A DNA stretch of 63,909 nt, filler included, from an uncultured bacterium (GTDB lineage Bacteria > B130-G9), in assembly GCA_965372715.1 (NCBI GenBank). It is 3 parts of 3 records of this genome, joined end to end, with 100 filler letters (N's around TTAATTAATTAA, not from the genome) between each part and the next. Parts side by side here need not be neighbours in the genome. Positions count along the whole stretch, not along the records: positions 1 to 23,247 come from CBDVDH010000058.1; 2 more parts are not named here. One strand, 5' to 3'. A model generated the notes under the pieces. It did no database searches. It saw nothing but the letters and a program-made list of their open reading frames with translations, and was not told where the DNA came from. The first letter of the stretch is position 1; each line of letters opens with the position of its first letter. Below are positions 7,790 to 17,969 of the stretch, piece after piece. Position numbers and translations under genes: made by a program.

Positions 7790-10039
7790 TCATTTGCTCG
7801 CAGTTACCCGGAACTGGCAAGTCGCCAAGTTCGAGAGATACGTCATCGTGCCCTGCTCAAAAAGCGCGGAATAGGCGCAATACATGCCCGAAGGCAGGCC
7901 CGCCGTGACTGGCGCCTCGAGCAGCGTGTAATCGCTCAGCGAGAACTGGCCCGGTATCCAGCCGGAATAGAACCAGGAATATGCTATCCAGAGACTTGGC
8001 AAGTAGATCAGCGTCCCGTCCGGCAGCATTATCGCAACCGCTAGATCGGCGAACATACCGTCGCCGGGGTTGGCAAGGTCGAGCGTGAGGCGCAGAGTCT
8101 CACCGACGCTATACTTCGAGTCCGAGGTGCAGAGGGTGATCATCGGTGTATGCGGCTCGAAGTACGAGAACACCGCAGCCCCCGCCGCGTGGATCGTGTT
8201 GCCCGCCTCGCCAAAATCCACGACAATCGCGGTCGTCGATGGGCACTGAAGGCCCTCTGTGGAGAGCGACACCCACGTCTCGCCGCCATCTCTAGTATGA
8301 TGAACGCCCTTGTAGCCCGAGATGTAGAAGTCATTGCTGTCGTCCGGGTTGATCAGAATATCATTAACTAGCTCTACCGGGGTCTCGAGCTTCTCCCAGC
8401 TTTGTCCAGAATCAATGGAACGGTAGAGGCCATAATCATACCAAGTATCGCTAGCATAGATGATAGATGAGTCGCTGGGATCAAACTCGATGAGCATCGG
8501 CACAATAGGAATACTCTCAATCAAGAGGAAACTGTCGCCGTAGTCGGTCGAGAGATACAGGCCCTCCGAGGCGCAAACGAAGATGCGATAGGCATCTCCC
8601 GGGTCAATCGCAACGAGGCGGGTAATGAGACTACTGCTGCCGCCGACGAAATTGCCGAGTCTTTGCCAGTTTGAGCCCAGGTTCTCCGTCCTGTAAATCG
8701 CATCAGTCAGCAAAGCGACGTATATCCTGCGAGAGTCGTTGGGGTCAACCACGATATCCTCGCACCAATCCCATTGACCGCCCGGCCAATAAGAGAAGAA
8801 CTCCCAATCCTGTCCTGAATTGTGGGACACCTGGATGATGTCCTCAAAGGGACTGCTCTCATACAGGACGGTTTTATCCCCGGGGTCTTGGGCGAGGCAA
8901 ATTGAAAATATGTCCCTGAAGTAATCGTTGATCTCCCAGTTCAGGCCTGCATCAGTGCTTCTGGCCAGAAGGTCTGAACCGGCGACGACAAGTGTCTCCA
9001 TTCCGGGATCACAGGCAAACAGATATTGCGCGTCCTGCCCGATCATTCCGTTCGACGAGAACTCAGCGTTGGCACAGCCGTCCGTTGAGCGGCAGATCCC
9101 TGAATCCGCGGCGGTTAGGACCTCGTTGCCATCAAACGGCGAGACATCAATGAAAGTGCCGCCATATTCATTGCACCTCAAGGTCCAACTATCGCCGCCA
9201 TCCTCAGAGCAATGCAGCCCGGGCGGATAACAAGCATACATCAACGACGGATCGTCCCGGAAGAAGCAGATGTCATACACCCTAACTCCGACATCAGTCC
9301 AGGTAAATCGCTGCTGATCCCAGCGGTAGAGGCCCCACCCGCTGAGGAAGACATCAGAGGAGTCATTCGGCGAGACATATATCCCCTGTGGCCAGAAATG
9401 CGAGAGGTCTAACCCGTATGGCAGGTCTTCCCAAATGATCCCACCATCCACGGTTCGCTTCGGCGAGCTATACACGCAACCTATCCAAATCGTCTGTGGG
9501 TCATCAGGATCGATGCAGATGGCGGAGGGTCTCGTCCCTTCATATACCATCTCCCACGTCACTCCTCCGTCCAAAGACTGGTATAGCTGACCCAGATCAA
9601 AGGTCGTATAAGTCGCGACAAGAATGTGGTCTGCATCGTTGGGATTACAGGCAATCGCCGACAGCAATTGACCGCCCCAGGGCCCGCTGATGCCCTCCCA
9701 CGTCAGGCCGCCGTCCACGGATTTGAAGAGCGAGTAGTCATCGAAATAGCCGATGTGGGCATAGACCAGCCCTGAAACGGACCTGCTTGCGCAGAAGCAG
9801 AAGCAATAGATGCTATCGGCGGGGAGATCAGGGACGCTTCTTTGCCAGGTCAGGCCACCGTCCTCGGATCTGAAGAAACCGTTCTCTCCGCCTGCATAAC
9901 ACAGCCCCGGGGTGCCGCAGTCGTATTCAACTCGATTGATATAGCCCCCGTACGGGCCGTGGGTCTCCCAGAAGCCCTCGCCAGCGAACGCACAGGCGCA
10001 CATAAGAACCACTGCAAAAGTCAGAATCAAACGAACCAT
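7790..10039 (-). CDS. Secreted BNR/Asp-box (VPS10-like) beta-propeller protein with C-terminal Ig-like repeat domain
   Basis: GGAGG RBS, signal peptide, many SxDGGxTW repeats, C-terminal ~120-aa shared domain. Confidence 0.9.
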   Translation of the reverse strand: MVRLILTFAVVLMCACAFAGEGFWETHGPYGGYINRVEYDCGTPGLCYAGGENGFFRSEDGGLTWQRSVPDLPADSIYCFCFCASRSVSGLVYAHIGYFDDYSLFKSVDGGLTWEGISGPWGGQLLSAIACNPNDADHILVATYTTFDLGQLYQSLDGGVTWEMVYEGTRPSAICIDPDDPQTIWIGCVYSSPKRTVDGGIIWEDLPYGLDLSHFWPQGIYVSPNDSSDVFLSGWGLYRWDQQRFTWTDVGVRVYDICFFRDDPSLMYACYPPGLHCSEDGGDSWTLRCNEYGGTFIDVSPFDGNEVLTAADSGICRSTDGCANAEFSSNGMIGQDAQYLFACDPGMETLVVAGSDLLARSTDAGLNWEINDYFRDIFSICLAQDPGDKTVLYESSPFEDIIQVSHNSGQDWEFFSYWPGGQWDWCEDIVVDPNDSRRIYVALLTDAIYRTENLGSNWQRLGNFVGGSSSLITRLVAIDPGDAYRIFVCASEGLYLSTDYGDSFLLIESIPIVPMLIEFDPSDSSIIYASDTWYDYGLYRSIDSGQSWEKLETPVELVNDILINPDDSNDFYISGYKGVHHTRDGGETWVSLSTEGLQCPSTTAIVVDFGEAGNTIHAAGAAVFSYFEPHTPMITLCTSDSKYSVGETLRLTLDLANPGDGMFADLAVAIMLPDGTLIYLPSLWIAYSWFYSGWIPGQFSLSDYTLLEAPVTAGLPSGMYCAYSALFEQGTMTYLSNLATCQFRVTASK

Positions 10040-10066
10040 AGTGTGAACCTCCTATCTACTCCTCAG

Positions 10067-12376
10067 TTATTCGATTCCGGATACCATCGTGAAAGTCTCG
10101 GCCGCGATGTTCGAGAGCTGCTCGTCGGCGCCCTGCTCATAAAGCGCCGCAAAGACGGTGTAATCGCCCGATGGCAGCCCCGCATCCACCGGCGCCTCGA
10201 GCAGCGTGTAATCCTTCAACGAAAGACGTCGCGGCAGCCAGCCCGAATAGAACGGCGCGCGACTCAGGCCCAATCCCGGCAGATAAACTACAGTGCCGCC
10301 TGGCAGTTCGATCCACACGATGAGATCGACGTTGGACGAGGCGCCGGGATTTGTGATGTTGCAGGACAGGTGGAACATATCGCCGGCCGCATAGACTGGC
10401 TGGGACACCGAAAGCGAGATGAACGGCGTGCCGACGTCGAAGAACGAGAAGACGCCGTAGCCGGTCGCGTAGATAGTGTTGCCCGCGTGGTCGAAATCGA
10501 CGAGAATTGCAGTCGAAACGGGGCAATCGAAGCCGTCCATTGCAAGCGGCAGCCAGACCTCGCCAGCGTCGATCGTGTGGTGCAGGTTCCTCTGCCCTGC
10601 GATGTAGAACTCGTCGCCATCGTCAGGATTGATCGCCATCGCGCAGACCCCGGTAACAGGTGTATCGATTGGCGCCCAGGTCCCTCCGCCGTCGGACGAG
10701 AGACATAGCGCCGGGCTGTTTGCCTCGTCGGTCGTATTTCGTCCGCAGTAGATCGTCTGCGAATCCAAAAGGTCGAACTCGAGGAAGTCAGGCACGAAAC
10801 CGCCAAGATTATTCACCCTGCTGAAGCTCTCACCGTCATTCTCAGAGAGATAAAGCCCCTCGGATGTCCCGACAAAGATGCGGGTCGAATCGCGGGGGTC
10901 GATACGAATGAAGAACGCTTCCGCATAATCCCAAGAGCCTCCGGGATACAGGTTCAGCGCTTCCCAGGATGCGCCGCCATCCGAGCTTCTATAGGTGACC
11001 TCACTGTAGTAGCTGAATCCAGCCAAATAGACCTTTCTAGGCTCTCTCGGATCCACAGCAACGTCATTGGCCCAATACAGATCATAGGGCATCTCGGAGA
11101 CGAGGAACCACGTGGCTCCCATGTCCTCGGACTTGCTGAATGTCCAATAGGACGAGTCAGAAGCATACATGACCCTGGGGTCTGAAGGGCTCTTTGCGAT
11201 GTGCAACCGATACTCGTAGTAGGCGTCAGTAGTCATCGTGGTTGTCCAAGAATTGCCACCATCAACGCTTCTGGCGACAGAATCGTCTCCAAAGCACACT
11301 AGCGCCTGCTTCTCGCTATCACACGCAAGTAAGCCATCTATGTACGTCCCGGAGATGCCATCGGAGGAGAATGTAAGCGTTTCACAACCGTTATCGGAGC
11401 GCCAGACACCGGAATACGGGTCGGCAATTATCACATCGTATGGGTCATAATGGGACACGGCGATAGACCTGCCGGACTGCTCCGCCGAATATATCTGCCA
11501 GCTATCACCTGCATCACCGCTGAAATAGACGTAGTTGTAGTCGCAAACGTAAATCCGGGATGGGTCCGTTGGCACAAAGGCTACATCGAAAGCGTCAAAG
11601 CCAAATAGCTCCCAGCGCGCCTCCAACGCATTCCACTTGAACAACTGGTCGGCGCACAGCAGCACCTCGTCCGAATCGGACGGCGATACGGAGATGTTGC
11701 CCGCATAGCTGACCTTCGAGCCAAGACCGTCCGTCAGGAGCTCCCAAGTTATTCCACCGTCTGTGCTGCGCATTGGGCCCTCTGGATAGCAGCTCATCCA
11801 GACCGTCTCGGAATCGTTCGGATCGACGCAGATGCGGTCAGCGGCGACCGCATACATTATTTGCCAGCTTAAGCCACCATCTAACGAGCGAAAGACCTCG
11901 CCCGCACAGTCGGGGCCTCACCCGCCGCCCTCGGAATATGCCACCCAGACCCGCTCCGGGTCGTTCGGGTCGCAGGCAACAGCGGAAATCACGTCGGTCT
12001 CCGCGGGGACCTGGAGCATCTCCCAAGTAGCGCCCGCATCCTCTGACTTGAAGAGCTCCCACTGGTAGTAGTCGCTAAACGCCGCATAGACGAGGCCCGG
12101 CTGCGCCTGGCACGCGCTAAAAACGTCGCAATAGATACCGTAGTCGCCTATTGGGACGAGTTCGGGAGTGCGATTCTCCCAGGTGACACCGTCGTCGAAT
12201 GACGTATAGAAGCCGCCTTCTCCGCCCACATAGCAGAGTCCGCGCGTGCCGCCGAATTCCACTTCGCGCATGTCCCCGCCATACGGGCCGTGCGTCTCCC
12301 AGAAGCCCTCGCCAGCAAAGCTGAGCTGGAAGAGGCAGAAGATGATTGTTGTCAGGATCAAGACATGCCGATTCAT
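10067..12376 (-). CDS. Paralogous secreted BNR/Asp-box propeller protein with one in-frame TGA at 11918-11920 (selenocysteine/readthrough or nonsense pseudogene)
   Basis: ORFs 11918-12376 and 10067-11857 are in the same frame; joined reading YSEGGG*GPDCAGEVFRSLDGGLSWQIMY; full length matches the 749-aa paralog. Confidence 0.8.
11884..11905 (-). promoter_or_regulatory. Candidate bacterial SECIS hairpin
   Basis: Minus strand GCGGGCGAG-GUCU-UUCGCUCGU, 9-bp stem (3 G-U pairs) starting after a 12-nt spacer following UGA; apex AGGUCU. Confidence 0.4.
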
Positions 12377-12607
12377 TGTGCAATCCTCCTGTTGACAAGG
12401 TTCATATACAAATACACCGAATCTCTAATGCCGAACGAATGTTCCGACATCATAGCATAGCCGAGGCGCCTGATGCAACAGTCGGATGGAGGCCGGGCTC
12501 CGGAGACTCCTCTTACGACAACTCTTGACTTATTCTGACCCGGTTATCGCACGCAAGCTCCTCTGCTTCATCCTCAATCTGTGTAATCTGCGGACAGTCG
12601 CGCTACA

Positions 12608-14899
12608 TCAGTCATTCACCCACGTGGCGAATGAATACTTGTCATCCCGGGCGCCGATCATGAGGTGCGAGCCACCTCGGAGGCTGATGCCGCCGATGAA
12701 CGTGTACGTGCCCGACGGGAGCGCCTCGGCATCGAACGTGAATAGCTGCCACATCTCGAAAGAATGCGCCGGAAGGACGATATCGACCGACTGCATGGTC
12801 GTGCCCCAGTCCGGATAAAAGTAGAACGTCCCGTCATATTCGCACGCCAGCCAAAAGCTGACCGGCATCGTCGTGTACGTGTTGATGAACTCGCCCGAAA
12901 CAAGCAAGGTCTCCCCCTCTCCGCCCTGGGAATGCCCGACAATCGCCTCCAACGTCAGCTTCTGCGCCGCCGGGCCACCATCGCGGAGGCAGCTCAATCC
13001 AGTTTCGGTTCCAATCCACTTGTCCCCGTTGTGGTCGATTAGGACTTTCAGTGGCGAGTTAATCGGGTAGCTGGACGAATAGGCAGGCGCATCCCAGCCA
13101 GGGCATAAACCGTCCTTCTGAGTGATCTTCTCCCAATTGTCCTTCTCCCCGAAATACAGACCATCCGTCGCGGCGCAGTAGAGGCGCCCGTCCGTATCAG
13201 ATTGAGAATGATACACGAAGGCATCTAAAATGCGGGTCCAATGTCCGCCTGGGTAGCATCTGTAAAGACTGCTATTACCAGACAGCAAGGCATATCCATT
13301 GATGTCAAAATCGACTGTATAGCTATACACTGGAACGTCGTCCCGGTCAAGTTGCTCCCAAGTCTCACCTTGACAGGTGGTGAAGCCCTCGAGAGTATGG
13401 GCTTCGATGTCATATTTGGTGAACCAGATCTTATTCTCCGGCCCCATTGCAGCGCAGATCGGTCTTTGAGAGAGAAAGTAATCCTCTGATGGATACCGCT
13501 GCCAATTGGCGCCGTCAAAGCTAAGAACCGCCCCGGTTGCGGTCTCGCCGGGTTCTCGTTTGGCAGTTGAATTCACGAACCACTTCTTGCCGAGGCTGTC
13601 AATCGCCAGCGCATGGGAGGCATCGAGCGGAGAGTTGGACATGTCGAACGTCTCGAAGTCCGAGCCGTCCCACCGCGCAGCGCCCGAATCCGACGTCATC
13701 CAGATATCACCATTGATATCCGAGGTCATATAGGGCCCATGATCATAGATCCCGAACCAAGGCGCCGCAATATGGCCCCAGTTACCCGCTCTTATGACAT
13801 TGACCATCCGGGTGGTGAAATTCAGCGTCCAGACGCCTCCGGATTTATCCTCGAGAATGCCGCTGATTCTAGAGCCCTGAAGGGCGTCCTCTAAGTAGAT
13901 TCGATCAAAGCCATCTCCATCGTAGGATAGAAGACCTGCACCAGGTGTCCCCAAAAGAGATGTACCGTCTGGCATCGCCTCGTATGAAGTGAAGAAGGGA
14001 TTCGGGAAAGCCTGCTTGAAAACGAGGCCGTCCGCCTCCTCAAAGACGGTGATTTCACCATCCTCATAGAGCGCCAGCCAGCCCCACTCGAGGATCCAAA
14101 GCCGATCCGCCCGGTCGAATAACATACCACCCTGGAAATAAACGCTTGCTTCTGACCATATAGGGTCATCGGATACGAGCTGCCAGGCGGCGCCATCGTA
14201 TATGAAGAGCCCCTTGGTGGTTTCATTCTGGCCGATGGCCCAGAGCACATCATGCGCGTCAAGCGCGATCCCACCGCAGTAGAACGAGACCGGCAACTGC
14301 TCGATGTTCTCACCAGAGATTCTGAAGATCCCGCCGCCATGAACCTTGAAATATGCCGTGCCATCCTGAGCGAAGAATGCCGAACCGAAGCCGATATGCC
14401 CATAATTCTCATGGCTATACACGCGCCACTCAGCCCCATCGTATCGGTGTATGCCATACCTGTCCGCTAGCCAGAGGCTCCCGTCCGGGCCGGTGTCAAA
14501 AACCTGATAGCAGTTCCTTATCTCATGCTCGCCGGTGATGTCCCGTACTAATAGCTCCTGCCCCTGGAGTTTAACCTCATAGACGGTTTGAGGATTGCTG
14601 GGATAGGGATAGATGTCGGGATAATAAGGGCCCACATAGAATGTGTCGGGGGCGGCGATCGCCACCCGATGAATGTAGCTGCGAGGCAGGCCGTCATCTG
14701 CCGTGAGCAGCCGCATCTGGCCGTCCTCTACGAGGACCAGACCGCGCGCGGTACCCACGGCGAGCACGCCATCCCGATAGTCAATGGATGTTATGAAGTT
14801 CTGATCCAGGTAGTTCTCTATGGTGTAGTCCTGCGCTGAGGAACACGTCGCAACCGCCAGAACGATCACAAAAACGCATAATGCCAATTGAGCCTTCAT
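12608..14899 (-). CDS. Secreted beta-propeller protein (two-component regulator propeller-type repeats) with C-terminal Ig-like repeat domain
   Basis: GGAGG RBS before MKAQLAL signal peptide; repeats such as TADDGLP, DxxGxxWIGT, NSPL; C-terminal FYFYPDW...LPSGTYTF. Confidence 0.88.
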   Translation of the reverse strand: MKAQLALCVFVIVLAVATCSSAQDYTIENYLDQNFITSIDYRDGVLAVGTARGLVLVEDGQMRLLTADDGLPRSYIHRVAIAAPDTFYVGPYYPDIYPYPSNPQTVYEVKLQGQELLVRDITGEHEIRNCYQVFDTGPDGSLWLADRYGIHRYDGAEWRVYSHENYGHIGFGSAFFAQDGTAYFKVHGGGIFRISGENIEQLPVSFYCGGIALDAHDVLWAIGQNETTKGLFIYDGAAWQLVSDDPIWSEASVYFQGGMLFDRADRLWILEWGWLALYEDGEITVFEEADGLVFKQAFPNPFFTSYEAMPDGTSLLGTPGAGLLSYDGDGFDRIYLEDALQGSRISGILEDKSGGVWTLNFTTRMVNVIRAGNWGHIAAPWFGIYDHGPYMTSDINGDIWMTSDSGAARWDGSDFETFDMSNSPLDASHALAIDSLGKKWFVNSTAKREPGETATGAVLSFDGANWQRYPSEDYFLSQRPICAAMGPENKIWFTKYDIEAHTLEGFTTCQGETWEQLDRDDVPVYSYTVDFDINGYALLSGNSSLYRCYPGGHWTRILDAFVYHSQSDTDGRLYCAATDGLYFGEKDNWEKITQKDGLCPGWDAPAYSSSYPINSPLKVLIDHNGDKWIGTETGLSCLRDGGPAAQKLTLEAIVGHSQGGEGETLLVSGEFINTYTTMPVSFWLACEYDGTFYFYPDWGTTMQSVDIVLPAHSFEMWQLFTFDAEALPSGTYTFIGGISLRGGSHLMIGARDDKYSFATWVND

Positions 14900-15030
14900 C
14901 CCGCACCTCCCTGTAGTTGTGTGAACGAATAACCTGATTTTCTGGTGTTTCTGCCAAATATATCGCACGTTAATATGCAAGTCAACCACCCACACCTCCT
15001 TTTCCCCCTCTCGTCCGCAACAGCGGTCCA

Positions 15031-15193
15031 TTGACAGCCGATCGCATCATCCTCTATATTGACGGCTGGAAAGCACCTTTGCCTTGGAGAGTTAGCGAGT
15101 GACGACGCGGGTTGTTGACGGACACCGGCAGGAGGAAGAGCAGCTACTCGAGCTGAGCATTCGGCCGGGGAGCTTTGCTACCTTCGTCGGCCA
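15031..15193 (+). repeat. 163-bp direct repeat: copy of the ruvB promoter, RBS and first ~31 codons (second copy 16012-16174)
   Basis: TTGACA-N18-TATATT...GGAGAG...CGGGTTGTTGACGGACACCGGCAGGAG...GGCCA present twice. Confidence 0.95.
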
Positions 15194-15221
15194 ACACAAT
15201 TTCAACAGCCCAATGCCGTGA
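15099..15221 (+). pseudogene. ruvB 5' fragment / 40-aa leader ORF whose TGA overlaps the RAYT start (GTGA)
   Basis: [42 protein letters not shown]-stop; identical to the RuvB N-terminus over 30 residues. Confidence 0.75.
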
Positions 15222-15928
15222 AACTGAAATCCCCATCTCCCAATCGTCGGTCCATCCGTTTGAGCGGATATGATTATTCGCAGGCGGGGGCGTATTTCGT
15301 CACAATATGCGCGCATCAAACGGCCATGATGGGCGCGTATCGCCATGCGCCCCATCAACCCAGCGGCGCCGCCCAACATAAACAGACCCATGCCAACATG
15401 GTAGGGGCGTATCGCCATACGCCCCCACGACGCCAGGATACGCGCCCTCGATACGGCGGGACGCCCATATGGTTTGGTGAGGTTATGTGCGGGCAGCTGA
15501 GCTTGAACCAATTCGGAGAGGTTGTGAGGCGTGAGTGGCTGCGCACGCCCGATCTGCGACCGAGTGTTGTGTTGGGTGAATTCGTCGTGATGCCGGACCA
15601 TTTCCATGCGATTGTGATCATCCGGACGGGCGGATTCAACAGCATGGGGGTAGCGCAATACCGGAAGGGGCGTATGCAATACCGGAAAGGGCGTATGCAA
15701 TACGCCCCTACAGTGGGATTTCGGTCGCCATCACGAACGGTCGGGGCCATCGTACGTGGTTTCAAATCCGCCACCACAAAAGAGATTAACAGGATGCGGA
15801 GAACGCCCGGAGGACCAGTGTGGCAGCGCAGTTATTACGAACACATCATCCGAGACGAGGATGACCACGATCGCGTCCGCAGTTACATAATCCACAATCC
15901 CGTCACATGGACACCGGATCGACCGTAG
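15218..15928 (+). mobile_element. REP-associated tyrosine transposase (RAYT, IS200-like Y1 HUH)
   Basis: RRSIRLSGYDYSQAGAYFVTIC, HUH motif MPDHFHAI, VRGFKS, WQRSYYEHIIR, YIIHNP; REPs inside and downstream. Confidence 0.93.
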
Positions 15929-16006
15929 GGACGTATCGCCATACGCCGCCAGGACGTCACGGCACCGCCCGACAGAAACAGTAGGGGCGTATTGCCATAC
16001 GCCCCC
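15925..16006. repeat. Cognate REPs downstream of RAYT
   Basis: GTAGGGACGTATCGCCATACG (its TAG is the RAYT stop) and GTAGGGGCGTATTGCCATACGCCCCC (15981-16006). Confidence 0.85.
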
Positions 16007-16011
16007 GCGAG

Positions 16012-16041
16012 TTGACAGCCCGCCGCCTCATCCTCTATATT
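16012..16041 (+). promoter_or_regulatory. Sigma70-type promoter of ruvB
   Basis: TTGACA-N18-TATATT, conserved in both repeat copies. Confidence 0.65.
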
Positions 16042-16082
16042 GACGGCTGGAAAGCACGTTTGTGAAGGAGAGTTAGCAGGTT

Positions 16083-17111
16083 ATGACACGGGTTGTTGAC
16101 GGACACCGGCAGGAGGAGGAGCAGCTACTCGAGCTGAGCATTCGGCCCGGGAGCTTTGCTACGTTCGTTGGCCAGGAGAACGTCAAAAAGCGGCTGTTGA
16201 TGAGCGTCGAGGCGGCAAGGATGCGAGACGAGGCGCTCGACCACGTTCTTCTTGCTGGGCCGCCCGGCCTGGGCAAGACGACGCTGGCGCATATTCTGGC
16301 CAAGGAGATGGGCGTGTCGGTCATCACGTCAACCGGGCCGGCGCTCGAAAGGAGCGGCGATATCGCCTCGATCCTGACGAACCTGTCGGACAAGGACATC
16401 TTCTTCATCGACGAGATTCATCGGCTGAATCGGGTGGTTGAGGAGTTCTTCTACCCGGCGCTGGAGGACTTCCATTTAGACATAATCATCGGCCAGGGGC
16501 CAAGCGCAAGGACGATCCGCCTCGACCTGCCCAAGTTCACGCTGGTCGGGGCGACGACGCGCTCGGGCCTCATCTCGGCGCCTCTTCGGGACCGGTTCGG
16601 GATACGTGAGCGGCTCGATTTCTACACCGAGGCGGACCTGCTAAAGATCGTCGAACGCTCTGCCGTGATCCTTGGCGTAGATGTTGACGGCGGAGGCAGG
16701 GCGGAGATTGCCAAGCGGTGCCGGGGAACGCCTCGGATAGCGAATCGCCTGCTGAAGCGGGTTCGGGATTTCGCCCAAGTGGGGAAGCAGGAGACCGTGA
16801 CGAAAAGCGTCGCCGACAGTGCCCTGGAGTTGCTCGAGGTGGATGAGATGGGCCTGGACAAGATGGACAGGAGCTTCGTCAGGACCATTATCGAGAAGTT
16901 CAACGGGGGGCCGGTCGGTGTCGAGACGCTCGCGGCGTCGCTGAGCGAGGAGAGGGACACCATTGAGGACGTCTATGAGCCGTTTCTGATGCAGATAGGC
17001 TTCATCAAGCGGACGCCTCGCGGGCGGGTTGCGACGAAGCTTGCCTTCAAGTACTTCCACACCGAAGAGGCCCCGTCGCGGACGAAGCCTGGACAGCAAG
17101 CTATCTTCTGA
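16083..17111 (+). CDS. ruvB: Holliday junction branch migration helicase RuvB
   Basis: [54 protein letters not shown]. Confidence 0.98.
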   Translation: MTRVVDGHRQEEEQLLELSIRPGSFATFVGQENVKKRLLMSVEAARMRDEALDHVLLAGPPGLGKTTLAHILAKEMGVSVITSTGPALERSGDIASILTNLSDKDIFFIDEIHRLNRVVEEFFYPALEDFHLDIIIGQGPSARTIRLDLPKFTLVGATTRSGLISAPLRDRFGIRERLDFYTEADLLKIVERSAVILGVDVDGGGRAEIAKRCRGTPRIANRLLKRVRDFAQVGKQETVTKSVADSALELLEVDEMGLDKMDRSFVRTIIEKFNGGPVGVETLAASLSEERDTIEDVYEPFLMQIGFIKRTPRGRVATKLAFKYFHTEEAPSRTKPGQQAIF

Positions 17112-17117
17112 ACGGAA

Positions 17118-17693
17118 ATGGTCGCGCCAAAGCCTATCCTGCTGCATTCCTGCTGCGCCCCGTGCACGATATACCCTCTCAGGAGTCTGTCAGAAGAGGG
17201 ATATTCACCGAAATGCTTCTTCTATAATCCCAACGTACATCCCTACACTGAATTCAAGCGGCGGCTTGACGCGATGAAGGTCTTTGTGCTCGATACGGGG
17301 GTCGGGGCGCTGATTGATGATGACTATGGCCTAGATGTGTTCTTGAAGGCGGTGTATGGCAGCGACGACAGGTGTGTTCTGTGCTACGAGATGCGGCTTT
17401 TTGAGACAGCGAGACAGTGTCAAGAAAGACAGCTCGAGCGATTCACCACGACGTTGCTTTACAGCAAGCATCAGAAACATGATGTCATAGCTGACGTTTG
17501 CCGGCAGGCTGCAAGCAAACACGGGGTCGAGTTTGTCTATATGGACTTTCGCGAGGGCTGGAAGGAGGGGATTGCAGAATCTAAACGGATGGGCCTTTAC
17601 AGACAACAGTATTGCGGGTGCATATTCAGCGAACAGGAGCGGTATGTGACAGGGGAGAAAAGGACAAGGGGAGAAAGGGAAAAAGGGAAGTAG
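17118..17693 (+). CDS. queH: Epoxyqueuosine reductase QueH
   Basis: LLHSCCAPC, FFYNPNVHP, RCVLCYEMRL, FTTTLLYS, LYRQQYCGCIFS. Confidence 0.93.
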   Translation: MVAPKPILLHSCCAPCTIYPLRSLSEEGYSPKCFFYNPNVHPYTEFKRRLDAMKVFVLDTGVGALIDDDYGLDVFLKAVYGSDDRCVLCYEMRLFETARQCQERQLERFTTTLLYSKHQKHDVIADVCRQAASKHGVEFVYMDFREGWKEGIAESKRMGLYRQQYCGCIFSEQERYVTGEKRTRGEREKGK

Positions 17694-17829
17694 TAGATAG
17701 CGCCGCGCGCTGATTGGCACGAGAATCGGCACGAGTATAAGCATCCCAAGCGTCGAGGTCAAGCAGCCTGTGCTCGCCGTGTGCACGTCAGTCGGAGCTG
17801 TTGTGCAAGAGGCGCCGGGCATGGTTCGT

Positions 17830-17916
17830 GTAGGGGCAGGGCTTCTCTCCGCCCGAATGAATGTTGGACGCGATATGACAAAACGGGCAGACATTCGCCG
17901 CGCGGCGAACCCCTAC
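17830..17916. repeat. GTAG-type REP doublet carrying a TTCGCCGCGCGGCGAA palindrome
   Basis: GTAGGGGCAGGGCTTCTCTCCGCCC ... GGGCAGACA[TTCGCCGCGCGGCGAA]CCCCTAC. Confidence 0.75.
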
Positions 17917-17969
17917 ATTGTCTTGACAAGGACTATGAGCTGCATACTCGTACTCGAGGAGCACAATGG

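Noticed and set aside
11918-11920. Genome-wide TGA recoding (genetic code 4 or 25)
   Set aside because: ruvB, rpmA, obgE, lpxB and others end normally at TGA
11838-12062. Frameshift explanation for the split BNR gene
   Set aside because: Both halves are in the same frame; the break is a single TGA
15092-15700. 202-aa minus-strand ORF over the RAYT, sharing text with 16073-16408
   Set aside because: The similarity is just the antisense reading of the ruvB duplication
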